A stretch of DNA of 11,902 nt from contig JBBIJQ010000028.1 in NCBI GenBank assembly GCA_037445915.1, positions 12,620 through 24,521 of the forward strand, written 5' to 3'. The notes beneath the pieces are model-generated. The model saw only the letters and a program-made list of their open reading frames with translations. It made no database searches and was not told the DNA's origin. The position numbers and the translations under genes were made by a program. This stretch comes from Planctomycetales bacterium (lineage in GTDB: Bacteria; 4484-113). Position 1 is the first letter of the stretch. Every line of letters begins with the position of its first letter. Below, one piece after another: positions 1 to 7,247 of the stretch.

Positions 1-2
1 GC

Positions 3-314
3 AACAACCAGGGCGGTGGCGGAAGCGGCAGCGGCGGTTCCGGCGGCAGCGGTGGAAGCGGTGGTAGCGGTGGCAGCGGCGGCGGTGGTGGCCCGACCGG
101 CCCCGGTGGCGGGCGCTCAATAATGGGCTATGACGTGAACCCGCTGGAACAGCAAGCGCTGATGCTGGAGTTCAACCCCGCCACGCGCGATGACCGCATC
201 TCTGAGCTTCTGGCGATGGCTGCGCGCGAAGGGCTTGAGTTGCTCACGGTGGACTTCTCAGGCGCAGACAGCGCAGCAAAAGGGCGCATCCTCGTCATAG
301 TTCTTGGCGAGTAA
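3..314 (+). CDS. 3' end of a protein of unknown function (5'-truncated by the window): Gly/Ser-rich linker followed by a ~63-aa C-terminal domain
   Basis: The frame of the listed 123..314 ORF stays open back to the window edge, reading NNQGGGGSGSGGSGGSGGSGGSGGSGGGGGPTGPGGGRSI-MGYDVNP...VIVLGE* (stop TAA 312-314). There is no clear Shine-Dalgarno before ATG123, so that Met is probably internal. Confidence 0.7.
   Translation, partial: NNQGGGGSGSGGSGGSGGSGGSGGSGGGGGPTGPGGGRSIMGYDVNPLEQQALMLEFNPATRDDRISELLAMAAREGLELLTVDFSGADSAAKGRILVIVLGE
12..113 (+). repeat. Low-complexity coding repeat: Gly-rich linker including (Gly-Gly-Ser)x5 at 33-77
   Basis: Degenerate 9-bp units ggcggttcc/ggcggcagc/ggtggaagc/ggtggtagc/ggtggcagc that differ only synonymously in frame +3. 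Confidence 0.85.
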
Positions 315-351
315 GCGCCCTTAAGTTAGCTTTTTCAATCAGGCTTGCAGC

Positions 352-1635
352 CTACACGTAAGCTGCGAAGACTTCTTCGCCGGCATAGCGCCCTGACGCA
401 TCAAGATACTCCTCAATGCGCATAAGCTCGTTGTATTTCGCAACGCGGTCGGTGCGCGCGGGCGCGCCGGTCTTGATCTGGCCGGTGTTCATGCCCACTG
501 CGAGGTGCGCGATGAACGTGTCCTCGGTTTCCCCGCTGCGGTGCGAAACGACGGCGTTCCATCCCGCGCGCTGCGTCATGGTTATGGCGTCCAGCGTCTC
601 GGTGACGGTGCCGATTTGGTTCAGCTTGATGAGCACGGCGTTCGCAGTGCCGTTCTTGATGCCGTCTGCGATGCGCGTTGGGTTGGTGACGAAAATGTCG
701 TCGCCGACGATTTGAAGCTTGCCGCCCATCTTCTCTGTGAACGCTGCGAAACCGTCCCAATCTTCTTCCGCAAACGGGTCTTCAATACTGACAATGGGGA
801 AGTCGGCGATGAGCTTCTCGTAATACTTGGAAAGCCCCTTAGCGTCAAACGCCTTCTTCTCGCCCGCGAGAACATACTTGCCGCCCTTGAAATAGCTGCT
901 GGCGGCGCAGTCAAGGCCGATGGCGACTTGCTTGCGCGGCTTGTATCCCGCCTTCTTGATGGCTTCAACAATCGCCTCCAGCGCTTCGGCATGGCTCTTC
1001 AAGTTTGGCGCAAATCCGCCCTCATCACCGACGTTTGTCGCCATGCCCATCTTCTTCAAGACGCCTTTGAGCGAGTGGTAAACTTCAACGCCCGCGCGCA
1101 GCGCTTCGCGGAAGCTCCCGAAGCCGTGGGGGATGACCATGAATTCCTGTATGTCCAGCGGGTTGTCCGCATGCTGGCCGCCGTTCATGATGTTCAGCAT
1201 CGGCACGGGTATCACGTGCGCGTTTGCGCCGCCGAGATACTGGAACAGCGGCAGCCCGAAAGCGGCGGAAGTCGCCTGCGCGACCGCCATGGAAACGGAT
1301 AGAATTGCGTTCGCGCCGAGCTTCTTCTTCATCGGCGTGCCGTCAAGCTCAATAAGTATCTGGTCAATGCCGCGCTGGTCAGGCACAGACATGCCGATGA
1401 TTTCGCGGGCAATGGCGGATTCAACATTGGCGATTGCTTTCAACACGCCTTTGCCGTTGTAGCGTTTCGCGTCGCCGTCACGCAGCTCAAGCGCCTCGGC
1501 CTCGCCGGTGGATGCGCCGGAAGGTACTATGGCGCGGCCAACCGTCCCGTCGTCTAGCGCGACTTCAGTTTCAATCGTCGGGTTTCCCCGGCTGTCCAGA
1601 ATTTCGCGTGCGCTGATTTCCTCAATATAGAACAT
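352..1635 (-). CDS. eno: Enolase (phosphopyruvate hydratase), 427 aa
   Basis: Motifs [33 protein letters not shown], metal-ligand segments GLDCAAS / SIEDP / VGDD, signature [17 protein letters not shown] and [14 protein letters not shown]-like AAAGGGGGT at 1649-1641. Confidence 0.99.
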   Translation of the reverse strand: MFYIEEISAREILDSRGNPTIETEVALDDGTVGRAIVPSGASTGEAEALELRDGDAKRYNGKGVLKAIANVESAIAREIIGMSVPDQRGIDQILIELDGTPMKKKLGANAILSVSMAVAQATSAAFGLPLFQYLGGANAHVIPVPMLNIMNGGQHADNPLDIQEFMVIPHGFGSFREALRAGVEVYHSLKGVLKKMGMATNVGDEGGFAPNLKSHAEALEAIVEAIKKAGYKPRKQVAIGLDCAASSYFKGGKYVLAGEKKAFDAKGLSKYYEKLIADFPIVSIEDPFAEEDWDGFAAFTEKMGGKLQIVGDDIFVTNPTRIADGIKNGTANAVLIKLNQIGTVTETLDAITMTQRAGWNAVVSHRSGETEDTFIAHLAVGMNTGQIKTGAPARTDRVAKYNELMRIEEYLDASGRYAGEEVFAAYV

Positions 1636-1649
1636 CAGATACCCCCTTT

Positions 1650-4319
1650 CTACTTGTCACCGATATGTTTGCTGTGCCCGCGCTTCTCGCGGATTGCGCT
1701 TTGCGCCGCGGCCAGGCGCGCAATCGGGACGCGGAACGGCGAACAGCTCACGTAATCAAGCTTTGCGCGGTGGCAGAAATCAATAGACGAAGGCTCGCCG
1801 CCATGCTCGCCGCAGATGCCGACCTTCAAGTCCTTGCGTGTCATACGGCCTAGTTCAACCGCCATCGCCACAAGCTTGCCCACGCCCACCTGGTCAAGCT
1901 GCTCAAACGGGTTGGCATCGTAAATGCCCATCTCAACGTATTGGCGCAGGAACTTCTCCTCTGCGTCGTCGCGCGAAATGCCGAGCGTCATCTGCGTGAG
2001 GTCGTTGGTGCCGAAGCTAAAGAACTCCGCAATCTCCGCGATTTCGTCAGCCACGAGCGCGGCGCGGGGCACTTCAATCATAGTCCCGAACTTGTAGTCA
2101 AGGCGCATCATGTTGCGCGTGAAAACTTCCTCGGCGGTCGCGCGCAGCTTCTCTTCAATAATCGCCAGTTCCTTCTTCGCGCCGATGAGTGGAATCATGA
2201 TCTCAGGCTTAACGTCTTCACCGCTGCGCTTTACTTCAATCGCGGCTTCAAGGATAGCTTCAACCTGCATTTCGTTGATTTCGGGGAATATGAGCCCCAG
2301 GCGGCATCCCCTAAAGCCCAGCATGGGGTTCGCCTCGCGCAGGCCCAGCGCCCGTGCCATCACGCGCGCCATCTCCTCAGACGAAACATCGCCCTTCACC
2401 GAGTGGATGACATTCTCAATTTCCTGTTCATCATGCGGCAGGAATTCGTGCAGCGGAGGGTCAAGCAAGCGGATGGTAACTGGCTTGCCGTGCATCTCGC
2501 GGAAGATTCCAACGAAGTCCGCCTTCTGGAACTCCTTTATCTTTGCGAGGTGCTGGCGGCGTTCCTCTTCCGTTTCAGCAAGTATCATCGCGCGCACATG
2601 CGGCAGCCTTTCCTGCTGCATGAACATGTGCTCGGTACGGCATAGCCCTATGCCCTCTGCGCCAAACTCGTAAGCGCGGCGCGTGTCCTCAGGCGTGTCG
2701 GCATTCGTCCTGACGCCGAGGCGGCGTTCCTTGTCCGCCCAGGAGAGGAACTCGCCAAAGTGGTCGCTGATTTCCGGGTCAACGAGGGGCAGGCTTCCAG
2801 CATAGACGTTGCCGGTGGTGCCGTCCAGGGTGATGAATTCGCCCTCGGCGAATTTGCCGTCATGCCCCTTGAAGCTGATGGTCTTAGCCTTGTCATCAAT
2901 CACGAGTTCTGAACACCCGGCGACGCAGGGCTTTCCCATCCCGCGCGCCACAACCGCCGCATGGCTGGTCATCCCGCCGCGCGCAGTGAGCACACCTTCG
3001 CTAGCGATGAGGCCGTGAATATCGTCGGGCGTAGTCTCGTTGCGCACGAGGATAAGCTTCTGCCCCTGCTCCTTAAGCTCGGCAGCGCGGTCGGGGTCAA
3101 GCACGATGCGGCCGACCGCCGCACCGGGGCTGGCGTTCAATCCCTTGGCGATAGGCTTGGCGTCCTTGGGATTGACCTGCTTGTGCAGGAGCTGGTTAAG
3201 CGCATTTGGATCCACGCGCAGCAGAGCCTCTTCCTTGTCAAAATAGCCTGCGTGGTGCGACTCAACCGCGATGCGCAGCGCGGCCGCGCCTGTGCGCTTG
3301 CCGTTGCGCGTCTGGAGGATATAAAGCTTCCCTTCTTCAATCGTGAACTCTATATCCTGCATGTCCTTGAAGTGTATATCAAGTTCGCGAATTATCTCAA
3401 AGAGCTTGTCGCCCTGCTCCGGCATAACGTCGTGCAGATTGTCAATGCTCTGGGGCGTGCGGATGCCTGCGACGACGTCTTCGCCCTGCGCGTTTACGAG
3501 GAACTCGCCGTAAATCTTGTTCTCGCCGGTGCTGGGGTTGCGCGAGAAAGCGACGCCGGTTCCGCTGCGGTCGCCCATATTGCCAAAGACCATCGCTTGG
3601 ATGTTGCAGGCGGTCCCGATATCTTCAGGGATGCTGTTGAGCTTGCGGTAAGTCTTCGCGCGCGGCGTGTTCCAGGACTTGAATACAGCCTCAACCGCCA
3701 TAAGGAGCTGCTCAAACGGGTCCTGGGGCAGCCCTTCGGGGAAATGGTGCTTGATGACCGCTTTGTAGTCGGCGCACATTTGCTCCAGCGCTTCCGCAGG
3801 TATCTCGTAATCGTATTTCACGCCCGCCTTGTCGCGCGCAGCGTAGAGTATCTTCTCAAACTCCTCAATGTGGATGCCCATGACGACATCCCCGAAGGTT
3901 TGCATAAAGCGCCGGTAGGAGTCCAGTGCGAAGCGCGGGTTGCCTGTAAGTTTGCCCAGCCCCTCGGCGGTCTTATCGTTAAGCCCCAAGTTGAGGATAG
4001 TGTCCATCATCCCGGGCATACTGTACTTCGCGCCGGAGCGCACCGAAACCAGCATTGGGTTGGCAGGGTCGCTAAAGCCCTTCCCCATCGTCACTTCAAG
4101 CTCGCTGAGCTTTGCTTTGATTTGCGCCTTGACTTCGTCAGTCATCTTGCCGCCGCTGGCGAAGTACGCTTTGCAGGCGTCGGTGGTGATTGTGAATCCC
4201 GGCGGGATGGGCAGGCCCAGCGCGGTCATGGCAGCAAGATTCGCGCCCTTGCCGCCGAAGAGTTCCTTATTGCCGCCGTCGGCTTCGGCAAATGTGTAAA
4301 CCCACTTATTAGTAGCCAC
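1650..4319 (-). CDS. ppdK: Pyruvate, phosphate dikinase, 889 aa (GTG start)
   Basis: [39 protein letters not shown], phospho-His motif [57 protein letters not shown]. Typical length. AGGAGG SD at 4334-4329. Confidence 0.99.
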   Translation of the reverse strand: MATNKWVYTFAEADGGNKELFGGKGANLAAMTALGLPIPPGFTITTDACKAYFASGGKMTDEVKAQIKAKLSELEVTMGKGFSDPANPMLVSVRSGAKYSMPGMMDTILNLGLNDKTAEGLGKLTGNPRFALDSYRRFMQTFGDVVMGIHIEEFEKILYAARDKAGVKYDYEIPAEALEQMCADYKAVIKHHFPEGLPQDPFEQLLMAVEAVFKSWNTPRAKTYRKLNSIPEDIGTACNIQAMVFGNMGDRSGTGVAFSRNPSTGENKIYGEFLVNAQGEDVVAGIRTPQSIDNLHDVMPEQGDKLFEIIRELDIHFKDMQDIEFTIEEGKLYILQTRNGKRTGAAALRIAVESHHAGYFDKEEALLRVDPNALNQLLHKQVNPKDAKPIAKGLNASPGAAVGRIVLDPDRAAELKEQGQKLILVRNETTPDDIHGLIASEGVLTARGGMTSHAAVVARGMGKPCVAGCSELVIDDKAKTISFKGHDGKFAEGEFITLDGTTGNVYAGSLPLVDPEISDHFGEFLSWADKERRLGVRTNADTPEDTRRAYEFGAEGIGLCRTEHMFMQQERLPHVRAMILAETEEERRQHLAKIKEFQKADFVGIFREMHGKPVTIRLLDPPLHEFLPHDEQEIENVIHSVKGDVSSEEMARVMARALGLREANPMLGFRGCRLGLIFPEINEMQVEAILEAAIEVKRSGEDVKPEIMIPLIGAKKELAIIEEKLRATAEEVFTRNMMRLDYKFGTMIEVPRAALVADEIAEIAEFFSFGTNDLTQMTLGISRDDAEEKFLRQYVEMGIYDANPFEQLDQVGVGKLVAMAVELGRMTRKDLKVGICGEHGGEPSSIDFCHRAKLDYVSCSPFRVPIARLAAAQSAIREKRGHSKHIGDK

Positions 4320-4367
4320 TATTTCCTTCCTCCTGGAACGGAATTATGAATGCGCGGAAACCCCGCC

Positions 4368-4396
4368 ATTATACACAAGTTACTGCCTGATGTTAT
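4368..4396 (-). promoter_or_regulatory. Candidate sigma70/sigmaA promoter for ppdK-eno
   Basis: Perfect TATAAT (4373-4368 on the minus strand) and ATAACA (4396-4391, 4/6 match to TTGACA) separated by 17 bp, about 50 bp upstream of the ppdK start. Confidence 0.6.
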
Positions 4397-5193
4397 TTTG
4401 CCGGAGGCGCGTCTTTGCCTTCTGCATCTAGCGGAGGTTTCTTCTTCAAGGGGTCAGGCCTCCCCTTGAGCGAAGGGTCTAGCACTTCCACTTTCGCGTC
4501 CGCAGCCAGCGAATCCAGCCATTTTGCGTAAGCGCCGTCAGCAATCTTCTTAAAAAGCTGCTTGCGGATTTCCTCTCGCGAAGGCACTTCAACCTTGCCG
4601 CCGGGGTGGGATTTCAGTATCTTCTCAAGCGACTTAATCTCTGCTGTCACTTCCTCGTCTGTGACCGTGGCCCCTTCGCTCAGCTTCGCCTTGACCCTAT
4701 CAGTCAGCTCCTGCCGGGCAAGCCTTTGCTTGAGCTGGTCAACTGTCAGCCCGAGGTCCTCCAGCAGCGAAGCTTTTAGCTCAGCTTCATCCTTAAAGTT
4801 GGGGACGACTCTTTCGTTGAACAGCTTGTCCGCGTCATCTTTAGTAACCGCCACACCGAGCTTGGACGCGCCTTCAGCGAGCATCCGTTCCTCAATGATT
4901 AGCTCCAATGCCTCATAACGGTATTCAAGCCGCATTTCCTCTGGGATGCTCTCTTCCTTGATGCCCTTTAGGCCAAGGTTTGAGCGGTAATACATGTCCA
5001 CTTCTTCATTCGTGATGTCAGAGCCGTTGACGCGCGCAGCTATCAAGGGCCTCTTAGTCGCCTGTCCGATCGCCCCTTTCGTCTCTTTAAGTTGCGTCGG
5101 CGATATGTAAGTGATGAAGAGCCAGCCGGCAAAGGCTGCGAGACAAATCACTGCGATGAGGATTAGCAGTTCGCGTTTCTGTCGATTGTTCAT
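4393..5193 (-). CDS. SurA N-terminal-domain / PrsA-like chaperone, membrane-anchored, apparently without a PPIase domain, 266 aa
   Basis: N-terminal TM helix (LLILIAVICLAAFAGWLFITYI). SurA_N-type motifs IAARVNGSDITNEEV, LELIIEERML..A.KLGVAVT..D, VTDEEV, and C-terminal W...L...AKVE. GGAGG SD at 5202-5198. Confidence 0.8.
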   Translation of the reverse strand: MNNRQKRELLILIAVICLAAFAGWLFITYISPTQLKETKGAIGQATKRPLIAARVNGSDITNEEVDMYYRSNLGLKGIKEESIPEEMRLEYRYEALELIIEERMLAEGASKLGVAVTKDDADKLFNERVVPNFKDEAELKASLLEDLGLTVDQLKQRLARQELTDRVKAKLSEGATVTDEEVTAEIKSLEKILKSHPGGKVEVPSREEIRKQLFKKIADGAYAKWLDSLAADAKVEVLDPSLKGRPDPLKKKPPLDAEGKDAPPAK

Positions 5194-5226
5194 ATAGCCT
5201 CCGGCTATAAGCCGGCAATAGTGGAA

Positions 5227-5261
5227 AGGCGGCGCTGCCTATTCCTTCAACAGCGCCGCCT
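5227..5261 (-). terminator. Strong stem-loop between the two chaperone genes; possible weak intrinsic terminator or mRNA processing/stabilising element
   Basis: Perfect 11-bp inverted repeat AGGCGGCGCTG-N13-CAGCGCCGCCT, followed on the minus strand only by TTCCACTATT (poor U tract). Confidence 0.5.
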
Positions 5262-5289
5262 GTAAGTCCATAATCAGAAAGGCGCGGCC

Positions 5290-6129
5290 TTACTTATCGG
5301 CTTTGTCGTCGCCCTTCTTTTCCTCGGGCTTGGGCTTTTCAGCCTCAGTTTTGGGTTTGCCATCGTCCTTGGCAGCGTCGCCGGCTCCGTTGGCGGCTTC
5401 TTCATCACCAGAGCCGTTTTCCGCAGGCGGCGTAACGGGCTGGGTGTCCTTCTCGGCCTCTTCGCGCTTAGCCTTCTGGTCTGCTTCGCGCTTCTTAAGC
5501 TTTTCGCGCTCTTCGGGCGACATGAAGAGGTATTCAATCTTAGCCTTGGCCTTTAGGTCCTCAACCATCGTCTGTGCCTTCGGATACGCGCGGTTAAGCT
5601 TCATCTGGTCAATGAGGTATTCCTTCATGTCCTCAAATTTGAGGTTAGCGGCCTCATCAACCGTGAGGTTCTTCTCCTGCGAGTACATTCGGCGGTAGTA
5701 GTCGGGGTTGGCGGCGAATTCCGCCTTCGCGTCTTCGTCCGTGACCTTTTCGTTAAACTTGAGAAGATCAAAGAATATTAGCCGCGAGCGGATTTGGTCC
5801 TTTACATCCTTCTCTGTCATTCCCTGGGCATCAAGGATGTTCTTCCATTCCTCTTCGCTGCCGAAGCCCTTGCGCATCTTATCAAACTCTTCGGTTAGCT
5901 TCTCGTCGGTAACCTTGAGGCCCTTAGAAGCGGCCTCGCCTTCAATTAACTGCTTGACGATTAGTTCGTCAACGATATTCTTGAAGTTAGGGCTCTTCTG
6001 GACATCTTTGAGGGTTATAGCCTTGCCATTAAGCGTGGCGATGGTATAGGCGTCAGGCGTCTGCGTGCACGCGGCTGCCAACGACATCACCGCCGCAAGC
6101 ATCAGAACAAATAAGCACTTGCGAAACAT
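5290..6129 (-). CDS. PrsA/SurA-like lipoprotein chaperone apparently lacking the parvulin domain, with a charged low-complexity tail, 279 aa
   Basis: Lipoprotein-type signal peptide MFRKCLFVLMLAAVMSLAAA-C21. Motifs IATLNGKAIT, VDELIVKQLI..EA..KGLKVTDE, VTDEDAK, KFEDMKEYL, LKAKAKIE. TAAGGAG SD at 6142-6136. Confidence 0.8.
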   Translation of the reverse strand: MFRKCLFVLMLAAVMSLAAACTQTPDAYTIATLNGKAITLKDVQKSPNFKNIVDELIVKQLIEGEAASKGLKVTDEKLTEEFDKMRKGFGSEEEWKNILDAQGMTEKDVKDQIRSRLIFFDLLKFNEKVTDEDAKAEFAANPDYYRRMYSQEKNLTVDEAANLKFEDMKEYLIDQMKLNRAYPKAQTMVEDLKAKAKIEYLFMSPEEREKLKKREADQKAKREEAEKDTQPVTPPAENGSGDEEAANGAGDAAKDDGKPKTEAEKPKPEEKKGDDKADK

Positions 6130-6159
6130 CCGGTTCTCCTTATGCGAGTTGAAGCAACT

Positions 6160-6170
6160 ATTTTACCACA
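6160..6170 (-). promoter_or_regulatory. Candidate extended -10 promoter for the chaperone pair
   Basis: The minus strand reads TGTG-G-TAAAAT (TRTGn plus a 5/6 -10 hexamer) about 30 bp upstream of ATG6129 in a 102-bp intergenic gap. No recognisable -35. Confidence 0.55.
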
Positions 6171-6231
6171 TCGCGTGGAAGTAATGCCGGCTTCTGGCAC
6201 CAGCACCACCATTGTGTGACGGGGATCGCCG

Positions 6232-7230
6232 CTAAGTGTTCATTGAGCCCGGAGCAGCTTCAGCTGGGCGGTACTCTTCTTCTGGTGCGGCTTGTTCTGC
6301 GCTGCCATCGGGAGCAGGCGACGCTCCCACCTTGTCCGCAGGAAGCTCTTGCATTTTTGGGAGCGTAGCCATCTGGGACGGCATCTTGTCTGCTAGCTCC
6401 TGGATCTCGGACGCTAGCTTGAGCAGCGTTTCCGCAACTTCTTCATCTGAATAGTCTTTGATGGCGTAGTACGACGGTACTTCAAACATAACATCGGGCA
6501 GGCGGTCAAGCTTGATGTTAACAAGCTGCATCGTAAACCCGGCAATGCTGGAGTCCATCTCGTAGAGCAGGGGTATATTGCTTTCAAGCTCAAAGAAAAA
6601 CCGCAGCTTGATAACGCGGCTGAGGTCTATCCCAAGCTGCTTCAACTGGGAATGTTGGTCCTTGGGCAAGTCAAGCTTCACCTGCAGCTCAATGCCGCCG
6701 GCTTTAAGGCCTTCAAACATGCGCGCTTTCAAGCGCTTAGCGCCGAGGTACTTTAGCCCGCTTTCGGCCAGGCCCGTGAGGAACGCTTTGCTGGCTATAA
6801 ATCTATAAGGATCTTTGTATGGGTTTTGCTCCAGTAGCGCGGCAGGGAGGCGAAAACGGTATGCCTGGCGCATGTTGTGGTGTATCAGGGTGAATTCGCT
6901 GCCGCTTGCGTCCATCAAGACGGAAAAAACCTGGTAGCTTGTGATGGCTTTGGGGTCAGTGCTGCCAGCCAGTTCCTGTATGTTTGGCAGGTCCACATCC
7001 AAGCGCATAAGCCCGTCCTGGTAGTAAACCTTGCCCCTAAAGGGCAGCTTGGCCTGGCTCAGCAGTGAATTAACATCAATCCCCGGCGGCAGTCCTTCAA
7101 CACTGGTGATGCTGAATCCAAGGTATAAGTCGCCGCAGAAGGTCTTGGAATATGCAGGGGCTGCTGCTCCTAACAGCAGCAGCCCCAAGCTGAATAGGCT
7201 AACAAGCGCGAGTTTTCGCAAGAAGCTCAT
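6232..7230 (-). CDS. Exported hypothetical protein, probably LolA-like / DUF4412-like fold, 332 aa
   Basis: Sec signal peptide (MSFLRK, hydrophobic core, ..APAYS|K). GKVYYQDGLMRLD and L.NIKLDRLPDVMFEVPSYY resemble the early-strand and terminal 'P...F..P' motifs of LolA-like/DUF4412 proteins. GGAG SD, 17 bp after the secretin stop. The CDS is well supported; the fold call is tentative. Confidence 0.6.
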   Translation of the reverse strand: MSFLRKLALVSLFSLGLLLLGAAAPAYSKTFCGDLYLGFSITSVEGLPPGIDVNSLLSQAKLPFRGKVYYQDGLMRLDVDLPNIQELAGSTDPKAITSYQVFSVLMDASGSEFTLIHHNMRQAYRFRLPAALLEQNPYKDPYRFIASKAFLTGLAESGLKYLGAKRLKARMFEGLKAGGIELQVKLDLPKDQHSQLKQLGIDLSRVIKLRFFFELESNIPLLYEMDSSIAGFTMQLVNIKLDRLPDVMFEVPSYYAIKDYSDEEVAETLLKLASEIQELADKMPSQMATLPKMQELPADKVGASPAPDGSAEQAAPEEEYRPAEAAPGSMNT

Positions 7231-7247
7231 TCAAGCACTCCAATTGG

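Noticed and set aside
123..314. Stand-alone 63-aa small protein as listed in the ORF track
   Set aside because: The frame is open upstream to the window edge through a Gly/Ser linker and there is no clear SD, so it is better read as the C-terminus of a longer gene.
315..351. Bidirectional terminator between the convergent left-edge gene and eno
   Set aside because: There is a short T run but no convincing GC-rich stem in the 37-bp gap.
2961..4349. 462-aa plus-strand ORF antisense to ppdK (also 1941..2645, and 505..1302 antisense to eno)
   Set aside because: Shadow ORFs on the opposite strand of highly conserved GC-rich genes. They have no recognisable motifs and are expected from codon bias.
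6166..6199. Short inverted repeats CCAC-N5-GTGG and TGCCGG-N3-CTGGCA upstream of the chaperone promoter as operator sites
   Set aside because: Too short or imperfect to distinguish from chance in GC-rich DNA, and I do not recognise a regulator motif.
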